From Mobula hypostoma (lineage: Eukaryota), in assembly GCF_963921235.1 (NCBI RefSeq), contig NC_086097.1, positions 372,001 to 436,000 of the forward strand: DNA of 64,000 bases. The letters are read 5' to 3'. Each line of letters begins with the position of its first letter. The stretch's first letter is position 1. Position numbers and translations under genes: made by a program. Of the stretch, positions 50,690-63,385 are shown one piece after another. Under the pieces are notes generated by a model that saw only the letters and a program-made list of their open reading frames with translations, ran no database searches and was not told the origin of the DNA.

Positions 50690-52180
50690 GAGAGTCCCAG
50701 ATAGTATGTTACCTCCCTGGTGCCGGAGTCTGGGACAACTTGGATTGAGTCCTCGGCATTCTTATGTGTGTAACCCTTCTGTCAGTTGCTTAAGTCTGGG
50801 AAAGACAATTCTGTGGCCCTGCCAAACGGGGGAGAGGCGAGTCCACCCCCAAACCCCCTGCTTTGTGTGGATGCTGTGTGATTTGTTACCCTGTTACAAA
50901 TCAGTACCATGGAGAAACAGACAGTACACTGCATACAATTAACCGATTTAGCTCTATAATTCTTAATTTTACTGCAGGGTTAGTGAAGAAAAAGCAAAAA
51001 AAGAAAAGGGCCTGTTTTAATGAAACAATCAAATTGGAACTCACAGTTTCCCCTTCGTTGATCCTCCTTTGATCTCCCTATCTTTCGTGGGATCATGGCT
51101 CCGCTCCAAATCAAGCTCTACGACCTCTTTCCTCTGGCGTCTTCTCTCCTCATCTCCCACTGAACAAAAGATCCAGATCACCCTGGTGTCAGGCACACAG
51201 CATGAAAACACCCTCCCATAATGGGACAGCTCATATTCCAAAGTATTCATTATCTCTAACCATAACCCAAACACTGCTTCTACAGAAAGACCAATACATT
51301 AGCAGTGAGACCTTTCCCAGGGTGTTACAAGTGGGAGGGTGACCAATTAGAGGTGGTGGTCCATATCAACACCAATGACATGAGTTGGCTGCGTGACAAG
51401 GTTCTGCGGAGGGAGATCAGAGAGTTGGGTGCTCAGTTAAAGGGCAGAACCTCCAGGGTTGTGATCTCAGGATTGCTACCCATGCCACACATGGCTAAGG
51501 AGTTGGTGTAGGAGGAAGGGCATAAGATTTTTGGATCATCAGGCTTTCTTCCAGGAAAGGTGGGACCTATACAGAAAAGACAGTTTGCACCTGAATTGGA
51601 AGGAAAACTAATATCCTAAGAGGAAGGTTTGCTAATGCTGCAGAGTGGAGTTTAAACTAGTTACAAGGAGATAGGAACCAGTGTGCCGGAATAGTTAGTG
51701 GATAGGTTGTGGAGTCAGATGTCAGTAAGACTTCAGACAAAGTCAGGAATCAGAAGGTTGAGTATGGTGTGACTTGTGTCCTGAACTGCATATATTTCAA
51801 TGCAAGAAGTATTGTAGGAAAGGCAGGTGAGCTCAGGACATGGAGCAACATCAGGAATTATGATATTTTAGTTATTAGTGAGACTTGGTTGCAGGAGGGG
51901 CAGGACTGGCAGCTGGATATACCAGAGTTCTTGTGTTCTCGAAGTGTCAGTGTGGGAGGGATGAAAGGAGGCAGTGTGGTGTTGCTAGTGAGGGAAAATA
52001 TCATGGCAGTACTCAGGAAGGACAGATGGAGATCTCGTCAAGTGACGCATTTTGTGTAGAACTGAGAAGTAAGGAAAGTTAACTGAGCTATATTGCAGTC
52101 TACCCAAAAGTCCGAGGGATGTAGAGGAACAAATTTGCGGAGAGATCATGGACAGTTGCAAGAAACATAAGGCTGTTATA
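50690..52180 (+). mobile_element. CR1 ORF1 esterase and EN fragment, host of the solo LTR
   Basis: ORFs 51305-51511 (VVVHINTND...RVVISGLLP) and 51709-52059 (YFNARS, SETW). Confidence 0.8.
50769..51329. mobile_element. Solo LTR (Ty3/gypsy-like)
   Basis: Starts TGTAACCCT and ends AGGGTGTTACA. 4-bp flanks tgtg/agtg (one mismatch). Interrupts a CR1 ORF1 (cattctta|agtgggagggtg). Confidence 0.75.
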
Positions 52181-54820
52181 AGACCATAAGACATAAGCCA
52201 TTCAGCCCATCAAGTCTGCTCCGCCATTCAAGATTCAGATTCAAGATTCAAAAAACTTTATTGTCATTCTAACCATACATCAGCTCTGCAGGGCAGAATG
52301 AGACAGCGTTCCTCAGGGGCAGTACAATCATACATAACAAACGCAACACTAGATAATAAACATAACAATAAATGGTAAAACACAACAGCCACATGTCAGT
52401 TAAATCAGTTATAAGTGTCCAGTGCAAGTTAAAAGTGTCCAAAGCAGAGTCAGGTGGAGCAGCTATTTAGCAGTCTGACTGCCTGTTGGAGGAAGCTGTT
52501 TAGTAGCCTTGTGGTTTTAGTTTTGATGCTCTTGTAACGTTTGCCTGATGGCAGAAGAACAAACAGTTCATGGAGAGGGTGTGAGGGGTCTTTAATGATG
52601 TACCGTGTCTTCTGGAGGCATCGACTCTGAAAGAGATCTTGGATAGAAGGTAGGGAGACCCCAATAACCTTTTCTGCTCCCCAACCACCCTCTGCAAGGC
52701 TTTTTTGCACTGCAGCTGGAGTACCAGGTTGTGATGCAAAAGGTCAGCACACTCTCAACCACGCTTCTGTAGAATGTAGTTAAGATGTTAGTGGGGAGTG
52801 ATGCTTGTTTAAGCTTCCTCAGAAAGTGCAATCTCTGCTGGGGCCAGTTTCACAATCCCAGTGGTGTTCCTGGACCAGATGAGATTGTCCGAGATCTGCA
52901 CCCCAAGGAACTTGATGTTTTCCACTCTCTCCACTGTGGAGCCGCTGATGCTGAGGGCTGTGTGCTCAGGCTGAGACCGTCTGAAATCGACGATCATCTC
53001 CTTGGTTTTAGTGACATTAAGCATCAAGTTGTTATCCCTGCACCAGCTCTGTAGGTGTTTGACCTCCTACCTGTACATAGTTTCATCATTTTTGCTGATG
53101 AGCCCCACCACTGTGGTATCGTCTGCAAATTTAATGATCAGGTTCTCCTTGAATCTGGCTGCACAGTCATGTGTTAGCAGTGTAAACAGCAATGGGCTAA
53201 GCACACAGCCTTGTGGGAATCCAGTGCTCAGTGTGATGGAGTCAGAGATGTTCCTGCCAACACGGACTGACTGTGGTCTCTCTGTCAAGAAATCCAGAAT
53301 CCAGCGACACATGGTAGTGCTAAGGCCAAGCAGCGACAGTTTCTCCACTAGTCTCTGCGGGATGATGGTATTGAACGCTGAACTGAAATCAATTCATGGC
53401 TGATTCCAGAATCCCACTCAACCCTATACACCTACCTTCTTGCCATATCCTTTAATGCCCTGACCAATCAGGAAGCTCTCAACTTCTGCTTTAAATAGCT
53501 GTGGACTTAGCCTCCACCAGTATCTGTGGCAGAGCATTCCACAGATTCACTATTCTCTGGCTAAAAAAGTTCCTCCTTACTTCTGTTCTAAAAGGTCGCC
53601 CCCAATTTTGAGGCTGTGCCCTCTAGTTTGGATAACCCCTTCATAACAAACATCCTCTCCATATCCACCTTATCTACTCCTTTCAACATTTGGTAGATTT
53701 CAATGAGATTCCCCCATATTCCAGTGAGAGCTGCCAAATGTTTCTTCAAACCCACAATCATCCTTGTGAACCTCTTCTGGACTCTCCAATGACAATATAT
53801 CCTTTCTGAGATATGTGGCCCAAAACTGTTAACAATACTTCAAGAGCGACCTGACGAGTGTCTTCTGCCTCAGCATGATCTCCTTGCTTTTATATTCTAT
53901 TCTCCTTTAAATAAATGCCAACATTGCATTTGCGTTTTCTACCACAGACTCAACCTGTAAATGAACCTTCTGGGGGTCATTTACGAGGACCCCTAAGTCC
54001 CTCTGCATTTCTGATGTTTCGATAATGGTCTGCACTATTGTTCCTTTTTCCAAAATGCATTATCATAATTACCCAACACAATATTCCATCTGCCACATTT
54101 TTGCCCATTCTTCCGATTTGTCTAAGTCCTGCTGCAATCATATTGCTCCCTCAGCACTATCTACCCCTCCACCTATCTTCGTATCATCTGCAAACTTTGC
54201 CACAAATTCATCAATTCCATTATCTAAATCAGTGACAAACAATGTGAAAAGTAGTGATCCCAATACTGACCCCTAAGAAACACCACTGGTCACTGGCAGC
54301 CAATTAGAAAAGGGCCCCTTTGTTCCCACTCGCTGCTGCCTCCTGCCTGTCAGCCATTTCTCCATCCATCCCAGTATCTTTCCTGTAACGCCATAGGATT
54401 TTTATTTTGTTAAGCAGTCTTGTGTGTCACCTTATCAAAGTCAAAATAAATGACATCCACTCCCTCTCCTTTGTCCACCCTGCTGGTTACTTCGTCAAAA
54501 AGCAGATTGGTCAGGCGATATTTCCCTTTACAGAAACCATGCTGACTTTGACTTATTTTATCATTAGTCTCCAAGTACCCCAAAACCTCATCCTTAATAG
54601 TAGACTCCAACACTTTCCCAACCACTGCAGTTAGGCTAACTGGCCTATAATTTCCTTTCTTTTGCCTTCCTCCCTTCTTAAAGAATGGAGTGACATTCGC
54701 TATTTTCCAGTCCTCTGGGAGCATGCCAATGATTCTGGAAATATCATGACCAATACATCCATTAATTTTTCGGCAGCCTCCCTCAGGACTCTGGGATGTA
54801 GTCTATCTGGTCCAGATGAC
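52180..54820 (-). mobile_element. CR1 3' portion with a nested Rex-like fragment at about 52231-53390
   Basis: CR1 tail at about 52180 and RT ORF 54410-54724. The nested ORFs 52450-53348 ([20 protein letters not shown]) end in a gaatct-type tail. Confidence 0.85.
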
Positions 54821-55057
54821 TTTTGTAGTAGATGATTTTATCTTTCCACATATTGACTTGGAATCGTATACAGTAAAAGGACTAGATGGGGTAGCATTTG
54901 TCAAATGTGTTTCGGAAAGTTTCCTTCATCAATTGGTAGAAGTCCCAATGAGAGTGCGTGCGATCCTCGATCTGTAGTTAGGAAGTGAGACAGGGCAGGT
55001 GACAAATGTTTGTGCAGGGGAACATTGCATCTAGTGACCACAATGCCACGAGTTTCA

Positions 55058-56176
55058 GGTACGTTATGTAGGACTAGATGTTAATATCCCTTATTTGCAC
55101 TCCTGAGACATGCTGCCTGGACTCTGTGGGGTGGCCAAGTGGTGGTGGCATCCTCTGGGGTTATCAAGTGGGCGCCCTCTTTCCCTCTTTCCTCAGTGTT
55201 TCGCAGATAGGCTCACGACACCTCTGGAGGGTTCAGCAGTGAATCCCGGTGTCCCGGGCTCGCCCCCTAGATGCCTTTCACTCACTTGGGGGCCCAGATG
55301 GAATCCTTTCTCTTCATCCAGAGCCACTGACAACCTTTTTCAGTAGCTCTGGTGAGGTCTTTGACTACTTGTTGGTGTGTCTTCCCTTGCACTCCCAACT
55401 CCCGGAGTAGCCTTGATGTTGATATGGCTACAAATCCTCTGCAGCCTACTTCGACCGGTCGGACCCTTGCTTTCCAACCACATTGTTGCGCATCGGCTGC
55501 CAGCTCAGCATACCTCAGCTTCTTGCACTCGTAGGCCTCCTCCGCTGCATCCTCCCAGGGCACTGTAAGTTCGATGATGTAAACGAGATGGAGTGAGGCC
55601 GACCACAGCACAAGGTCTGGTCTGAGGTTGGTTTCCACAATTTCAGCTGGGAAGCAAGGTATCTGGCCTAAGTCATTATGATCAGAGATTAAGGGAGCTA
55701 GGGCTTTACTCTTTGGAGAGGAGGAGGATGAGAGGAGACATGATAGAGGTGTACAAGATAATAAGAGGAATAGATAAGAGTGGATAGCCAGCGCCTCTTT
55801 CCCAGGGCACCACTGCTCAATACAAGAGGACATGGCTTTAAGGTAAGGGGTGGGAAGTTCAAGGGGGATATTAGAGGAAGGTTTTTTACTCAGAGAGTGG
55901 TTTGTGCGTGGAATGCACTGCCTGAGTCAGTGGTGGAGGCAGATACACTAGTGAAGTTTAAGAGACTACTAGACAGGTATATGGAGGAATTTAAGTTGGG
56001 GGCTTATATGGGAGGCAGGGTTTGAGGGTCAGCACATTGTGGGCCGAAGGGCCTGTACTGTGCTGTACTATTCTATGTTCTGTGTTAAGTCTGCCACCAT
56101 CTTCCAATCATGTGCCCCACCTAGCCACCTAGTGTCTGGTCTCGATGTATCGAGTCTGGCTTGACCATCACCTTCA
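55058..56176 (-). mobile_element. HERO-like (R2-group, REL endonuclease) non-LTR 3' fragment, split by a CR1
   Basis: LRPDLVLWS...IIELTVPWE...KKLRY...VEVGCRGF...WLW. The frame continues beyond the CR1 as EGDGQ...HDWKMVADL. Confidence 0.85.
55675..56085 (+). mobile_element. CR1 3' fragment inserted in the HERO-like element
   Basis: TSD taagtc at 55669-55674 and 56086-56091. Nearly identical to the 3' end of the CR1 at 22551. Confidence 0.9.
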
Positions 56177-59110
56177 AAGTAAATATGCAAAAACATAGCT
56201 CTGGTCTGTGGATTGAAATTCTAAACTAGAGAAGGACCATTTGTAATGGTATTAGAAATGATTTGGCAAGTGTGGATTGGGACAGGCTGTTTTCTGGCTA
56301 AGGTATACTTGGAAGGTGGGAGGCCTTCAAAAGCGAAATCTTGAGAGTACAAAGCTTGTATATGCCTCTCAGAATAAAAGTTAAAGATAAAAATGTTAAG
56401 ACTCTTGGCAATCTGGAGAATCAGAGGGATCTTGAGTCTGAGTCCATAGGACACTCAAAGCTGCTGCGCAGGTTGACTCTTGGGTAAGAAAGCACACGGT
56501 GTATTGGCCTTCATCAATTGTGGGATTGAGTTTAGGAGCTGAGAGGTAATGTTGCAGCTATATAGGTCCCTGGTCAGACCCCACTTGGAGGACTGTGCTC
56601 AGTTCTGGTCACCTCACTACAGGAAGAATGTGAAAACTATAAGAAGAGATTGAGTGAACTCGGCCTTTTTTCCTTGGAGTGATGGAGGATGAGAGGTGAC
56701 CTTATAGAGGTGTATAATGAGAGGCATTGATCGTGTGGATAGTCAGAGGCTTTTTGCCAGGGCTGAAATGGCTATCACAGGAGGGCACAGTGTTAAGGTG
56801 CTTGGAAGCAGGTATAGAGGAGATGTCAGGGGTAAGTTTTTTACGCAGAGAGTGGTGAGTGCATGGAATGGGCTGCCGGCGACGGCGGTGGAGGTGGATA
56901 CAATTAGGTCTTTTAAGAGACTCCTGGACAGTTACATGGAGCTCAGAAAAATAGAGGGCTATGGGTAACCCTAGGTTAATTTCTCAGGTAAGGACATGTT
57001 TGGTACAGCTTTGTGGGCCAACAGACCTGTATTGTACTGTAGGTTTTCTATGTTTCTAAGTTTCTACAAGTGTAGGGGACCTTGATTTACAAGAGATATT
57101 GAGGCTCTGGTTCAGAGAAAAAAGGAGGTATGTAGCAGATATAGGCAGGTAGGAACAAATGATGTGCTTTTGGAGTATTCGAAATGCAAGAGAACACTAA
57201 GAAGTCTAAAAGAAGGCATAAAGTTGCTCCAGCAGACAAGGTGAAGGAGAATCCTAAGAGATTCTACAGATATGTTAAGAGATAAGGATTTGCAGGGTAC
57301 AAAATTGGTCCCGTGCAGAGACCGTGAACTCATCCTTAGTGACAGGAGCGGTTCTAGAATATTGGGGGGTGGCCAATGTTGTTCTGCTGTTTAAAGAAGG
57401 CTGTGAACATGAACCAGAAAATTATAGGCTGGTGAGTCTGACATCAGTCGTGGAAAAGTTATTGGAATGTCTTCGAATTGACCTGATATTTAAGTATTTG
57501 AATAGAACATAGATATTTACAGCACATTACAGGCCCTTCAGCCCACAATGTTGTGCTGACCATGTAACCTACTCTAGAAACTGCCTCGAATTTCCCTAAT
57601 GCATAGCCCTCTATTTTTCTAAGCTCTTATGTACCTATCTAAGTGGCTGTTAAAAGACCCTATTGTATCCGCTTTCACTACTGCCACCGCCAGTGCAATC
57701 CACACATCTACCACTCTCTGTGTAAAAAAAACTTACCCCTGACATCCCCTCGGTACTTATTTCCAAGTATCTTAAAACTATGCCTGTCATGTTAGCCATT
57801 TCAGTTCTGGGAAAAAGCCATCCACGTGATCACTGCCCATCATCATCATCATCTTATACACCTCTATCAGATCACCTGTCATCCTCCATTGCTCCAAGGA
57901 GCCAAGAACATTCAACTTATTCTCATAAGGCATGCCCTCCAATCCAGGCAATATCCTTGTAAATCTCCTCTGCACTTTCTCTATAGTATCCACATCCTTC
58001 CTGTAGTGAGGTGACCAGAACTGAGCACAGTACTCCAAGGGGTCTGACCAAGGTCTTGTACAGCAGTAACATTACCTCACTGCTCTTGAACTCAATCCCA
58101 CGGTTAATGAATGCCAACACACCATATGCCTTCTTAACAACACTGTCAACCTGCGCAGCAGCTTTGAGTGTCCTATTGACACGGACCCCAAGATATCTCA
58201 GATCCTCCACACTGTCTAGAGTCTTACCATTTATATTATATTCTGTCTTCAAATTGGCCTACCAAAATGAACCACTTCACATTTATCTGGGCTGAAGTCC
58301 ATCTGCCACTTCTCAGCCCAGTTCTGCATTTTATTGATGTCCAGCTGTAACCTCTGACAACCCTCCAGACTATCCACAACACCAACCAACGGACGTTGGC
58401 TGATTAAGGATATTCAGCATGGTTCATGCATGTTAGGTCATGTCCAACCAATATTGTAGAATTTTTCAAGGAAGTTGCCAGGAAAGTGGATGCGTGGTAG
58501 TGGATGTTGTCTACTTTAGCAAGGTATTTGACCTGTCTCCTGGGAGTCAGTACACCAAACTGGCTTCTCTTTCACGGCCACAGAATGCGCTGTCCATCGA
58601 CCTAATTATTGAGTCTCCTATCACTACCTGACTTTCGCCTTCCCTGCTGAGCCTCAGAGCCACTGGCCTGGCTTGTACTGCTGCTGTGCCCTGATAGGTC
58701 ATCCCCCCAGCACTATTCAAAGGGGTATACCTGTTGCTGGAGGGAGAAGGGTAATGGACACAGAGGCACCCCGCACTGAATGCTTACTCCCATTATTTCT
58801 CCTGGTGGTCATCCATCTCCTATCTGAAGCTTCCATCTTAGTATAAGTTTCACCTGTGATGTTTTCAGCCTCCCTGATGATTATGAATACATCCAGCTGC
58901 AGCTCCTTGACCTTGTCAGTCAGGAGCAGTAGTTGGCTGCACTTCTCGCATATATGGTCATCGGGGATGTTGTCAGCTACCCTGAAATCCCATATCTCAA
59001 AGGAAGAGCATTCCATTGCCTTAACTACTAACCTGCCTGCACTTGTTATAACTCTAACTTCTCAAGGTTAAGTTCGAGCTTGCGCCTGCTCTTGCCTGTT
59101 GAGCCAAAGC
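56177..59110. mobile_element. Cluster of CR1 fragments in both orientations
   Basis: Plus-strand pieces at about 56400-57066 and 57324-57500. Minus-strand RT at about 57505-58390 and ORF1 at 58717-59016 (HICEKC). Confidence 0.8.
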
Positions 59111-59732
59111 CTGGCCATTGTAACGCTGTCTTCTCTGACATTGGCTGCATCATTTGTACCTCATTTCTTTATATTGGCCTCTGTTGTGTGCATAAGAGAT
59201 CGTTATGATTGCACCCTGCTGCAAAGTTCTGAAAGACCCTGAGCTCTTTTTAAACCTTGTGCTGCCTCACCAACCAACGACTTTTCGCAATGATTGCAGC
59301 CCTTGCCCAGTGAAGGGAAGGACCATGGGCGTACTAGTACAATGTTCCCTGAAAACAGTGACTCTGGTAGACAGGGTGATGAAGGATGCTTATCACACCC
59401 TTGCCTTCACTGGTCACAGCATTGATCCAGTTGAAACTGTCTATCCAGGCAACATCCTGGGGAATCTACTCTGCACCCTGTCCAGTGCTGTCACACCCTA
59501 CCAAAGCATACAAACCTGTCACAGCGTGGCATATCGTCAGAGAAATGATAGATAGCTTGACCTCAGAACCATACATCAAAACTTCATCTTCTCAGTATAT
59601 GTAAATATGACATGAACAGATCGCCAGATTGAAAACTGTTCAGAATATCACCAGATACAAATATGTTCTTTAAACATTTTTTTGCTACCTTTTATTCTTA
59701 TTCCCCATTTGTGCTTTTTTTTTTCTCTACAG

Positions 59733-59804
59733 GGTAACAGTGGCCTAAAACCCAAAGACAATGAGCTCACTTCAAAACCCTGGCACTGGCCAATCAATTA
59801 TCAG
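59733..59804 (+). CDS. POMT2: POMT2 internal exon, 72 bp
   Basis: ctctacag|GGT...TATCAG|gtaaag. Encodes [24 protein letters not shown]. Confidence 0.97.
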
Positions 59805-60285
59805 GTAAAGCTGCCTATCCCTAAGTTCCCAATAACAATAACCTGGGGGAGGGGTTATGGAAATCAGAATCACTGCTATATGACGTGACATTCGTTTTCC
59901 TTCAGCACTACAGTGCAAAGACATAAAGGTCTATGTTGCAAAAATGAATAGTACACAAGAGGAATAATGAGGTCATGCTCATGGTCTGTTCAGAAATCTG
60001 ACAGTGGAGTGAAAAACCTGTATCTGATTTGTTGAGTATGGGTCTTCAGATTCCTGTATCTCCACTCTGACCATGTCACTTTTTTGAGATATCACCTTTT
60101 GAAATGTCCTCGATGCTGTGGAGGCTCCTGTCCAATGATGGAACCTACAAACCTGTGCAAGCTGCTTGCTTTGGATCACATGTGTTTTAACCAACTGGGC
60201 CAACCAGCCACGTTGGACCATAGGGACACAGTACCAGCGACCCTCACCTCCGGGCTCACTCCCCACCTCCGGTGCTGTCTATAGG

Positions 60286-60819
60286 CATAGTCATTGTCAT
60301 AGTCATACTTTATTGATCCCGGGGGAAATTGGTTTTCGTTACAGTTGCACCATAAATAATTAAATAGTAATAAAACCATAAATAGTTAAATAGTAATATG
60401 TAAATTATGCCAGGAAATAAGTCCAGGACCAGCCTATTGGCTCAGTGTGTCTGACCCTCCTAGGGAGGAGTTGTAAAGTTTGATGGCCACAGGCAGGAAT
60501 GACTTCCTATGACGCTCTGTGTTGCATCTCAGTGGAATGAGTCTCTGGCTGAATGTACTCCTGTGCCCAACCAGTACTTTATGTAGTGGATGGGAGACAT
60601 TGTCCAAGATGGCATGCAACTTAGACAGCATCCTCTTTTCAGACACCACCGTCAGAGAGTCCAGTTCCATCCCCACAACATCACTGGCCTTATGAATAAG
60701 TTTGCTGATTCTGTTGGTGTCTGCTACCCTCAGCCTGCTGCCCCAGCACACCACAGCAAACATGGTAGCACTGGCCACCACAGACTCGTAGAACATCCTC
60801 AGCATCGTCCGACAGATGT
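60286..60819 (-). mobile_element. Rex1/Babar-like 3' end, (TATGAC)n tail family
   Basis: ORF 60434-60832, nearly identical to the 6764 and 19955 copies. Confidence 0.9.
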
Positions 60820-61005
60820 GAGGGGTTTTCACTTTCTTCCTGTGACTACATAGGTTTCATATGTGCGCTCCAGCTTCCACCCACATCTCAAACATGTGTA
60901 GGTTTGTAGGTTAATTGAACGCTGTCAAATTGCTCAAGCTGGTGATTCTGGGAAAATTAGTGTAAATAGGGGATTGATGATTGGTGTGGATCAATGGGCC
61001 GATGA
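60820..61005 (+). mobile_element. Degenerate V-SINE fragment
   Basis: V-domain-like gctccagcttccacccacatctcaaacatgtg...ggttaattg followed by a CR1-type atgggccga end. Confidence 0.6.
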
Positions 61006-61135
61006 TGCTTAGAGTGGGCAATAAGATTTGACCAGGTCAGTTCATAATGCCCTTCACTATGAACGAAAATAAACATTGCTGTTATCATTTGTTTGTCTGT
61101 CTTCTGAACTTCACCATGGTATCTTGTTTACACAG

Positions 61136-61195
61136 GGTCTTCGTTTTTCTGGCACAAATGAGACTGAATATCGAGTTTATTTATTAGGAAACCCC
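61136..61195 (+). CDS. POMT2: POMT2 internal exon, 60 bp (last exon seen in the window)
   Basis: acacag|GGT...AACCCC|gtaagt. Encodes GLRFSGTNETEYRVYLLGNP. Confidence 0.96.
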
Positions 61196-61344
61196 GTAAG
61201 TTGATAGCAATAGTCACTAAAATTCAATTATGATGCTTAATATCCTGAAAATGTTATGTTGATGGTGAAACAACCAGTGCAGAGATCTCTTGAGTGGCAA
61301 TAGGTTCTTCTGATAACTTCACTCACCATGTTTGATGTTCATTT

Positions 61345-63370
61345 AGACATAGGAGCAGAATTAGACCCATCGAGTCTATTCCGCCATTCATTCATGGCTG
61401 ATCCTTTTTTATTTCCCCTCTTCAGCCCCACTCCCTGGTCTACTCACCGTAAGTTTTGACGCCATGGCCAATCAAGAACCTATTAATCTCCACCTTGAAT
61501 ACACCCAACTGCCTAGCCTCCACAGCTGCCTGTGGTAACAAATCCCACAAATTTACCACTCTCTGGCTAATGAAATTTCTCCACATCTGTTTTAAATAGA
61601 TGCCCCTCTGTCCCGAGTCTGTGCTCTCTTGTCCTAGACTCCCCCACCACGGGAAACGTCCTTTTCACACCTATTCTGTCTGAGCTTGTCAACATTTGAA
61701 AGGTTTCAATGAGATCCCCCTGATCTTACTACATTCCAGTAAGTACAGGCCCAGAGTTATCCAGTGTTCCTTATATGATAACCCTTTCATTCCTGGAATC
61801 ATCCTTGTGGACCTCCTCTGAACCCTCTCCAATGCCAGCACATCTTTTCTTAGTTGAGGAGCTTAAAACTGTTCACAATACACAAAGTGAGGCCTCACCA
61901 GTGCCTTATAAAGCCTCAGCATCACATCCCTGCTCTTGTACTCTAGACCTCTTGAAATGAATATTAACATTGCGTTTGCCTTCTTCACCACTGACCCTAC
62001 CGGCAAGTTGACTTTTAGGGTGTTTTGCGCATGGACTCCCAAATAAATGAGCATCTCAGACTTTTGGATTTTCTCTACATTTAGAAAATATTCTGCAAAT
62101 TTATTTTTTCTATCAAGTTGCATGACCATGGATTTACCAACATTGCATTTCTTGTTCAGGGAGATGATATTAAGGGACTCATCCATGATGTGAACTCCTG
62201 GCAACTTGGTGCACTTAATTTTCTCTATGGAGGAGCCATGTATTTGCAGAGGGGGATGGTTTGTCTGCACCTTCCTGAATCCACAATGATTTTCTTTGTC
62301 TTCTCCACGTTCAGGCTTAGGCTGTTTCCTCACGCCAATCCACCAGCTGCTCCACTTATTCTGTATACTCCGTCTTGTTGAGGTTCTTGATAAGGCCAAC
62401 CACTGTTGTGTCATCCACAAACTTGATGACATGGTCTGAGCTGGATTCTGCAACACAGTCATACGTCAGCAGTGGGCTGAGCACATAGCCTTGGCGTAAT
62501 GGAACAAGAGATGTTGCTGCCAACATGGACTGACTGTGGCCCTGCTGTTAGGTCCAGTATCCAATTGTAGAGGGAAGTGTTGAGACCCGCTGAGGACAGG
62601 TTCCCCATCAGTTTCTGGGGTATGATGTTGTTGAATGCTGAACCGAAGTCTATTAACAGCAGTCTGGCATATGAGATTCCATTTTCCAAGTGGGACAGGA
62701 CAGAGTGGGTCGCAGAAGCTATTGCATCATCCCTGGATTGATTTGAGTGATAAGTGAACTGGAAAGGGTCCAGTGTAACTGGGAGAAAGGCTTTAATGTG
62801 CTCCATGTGCAGCCACTCAAAGCATTTCACAATGGTTGATGCTAATGCCACTGGTTACTGTTGCCTTGAAAACTGAGGGGACAATGGATTGTTCCAGAGA
62901 TGTGGAATATAATGATCAGCTGGGCTGTGCGGTCTTTCAGAACCCAAGCTGGTATATTATCAGGCCCCGCAGCTTTGCGTGGGTTGACTCTGGCCTGGGA
63001 CTTCCTCACCTCAGCTGCAGCCAGATGGAGTGTTTGCTGCCATGGGGGGAGGGGTACCTTCCTCATGAGCACTTTCTTCTGGACATCAGACTGAGCACAG
63101 AAGATATTTAGCCTCTCAGGGAGTCAAGCATGCTGGTCACTGACACGTAGGGTAGACTTGTAGTCTGTAATTCTCTGAATTCCCTGCCATATTTGCCTTG
63201 AGTCTCTGGTATCTCAGAAGTGACTGTAAATTCTCTGAGAATGCTCTCATTTCCCCTTTTTAACAGAGTAGGGAAGCTTTCCTGAGAGCTGTAACATCTC
63301 CTGATCTAAAGGCAGCATCATAATCCCTTAGGCGTCTACGCATCTCTACAGTAAGCCATGGCTTCTGATT
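61345..63370 (-). mobile_element. CR1 3' fragment (about 61345-62145) abutting a Rex-like RT fragment (about 62145-63370)
   Basis: ORFs 61863-62462 (chimeric), 62459-62851 (LDPFQF...IDFGSAFN) and 62842-63072 (AAGPDNI). Confidence 0.8.
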
Positions 63371-63385
63371 TTTTCTTTTAATTTA

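Noticed and set aside
55282..55833. ORF as a bacterial restriction-like or defence nuclease
   Set aside because: The motifs match the REL domain of non-LTR elements, and its N-terminus is antisense CR1 sequence.
6764..60819. Recurrent tagtcatagtcatactttattgatccc motif as a CRISPR-like array
   Set aside because: The copies are dispersed, have no spacer periodicity and are attached to LINE 3' ends.
61863..62462. 199-aa RT-like ORF
   Set aside because: It is a junction of Rex-like and CR1 fragments in mixed frames.
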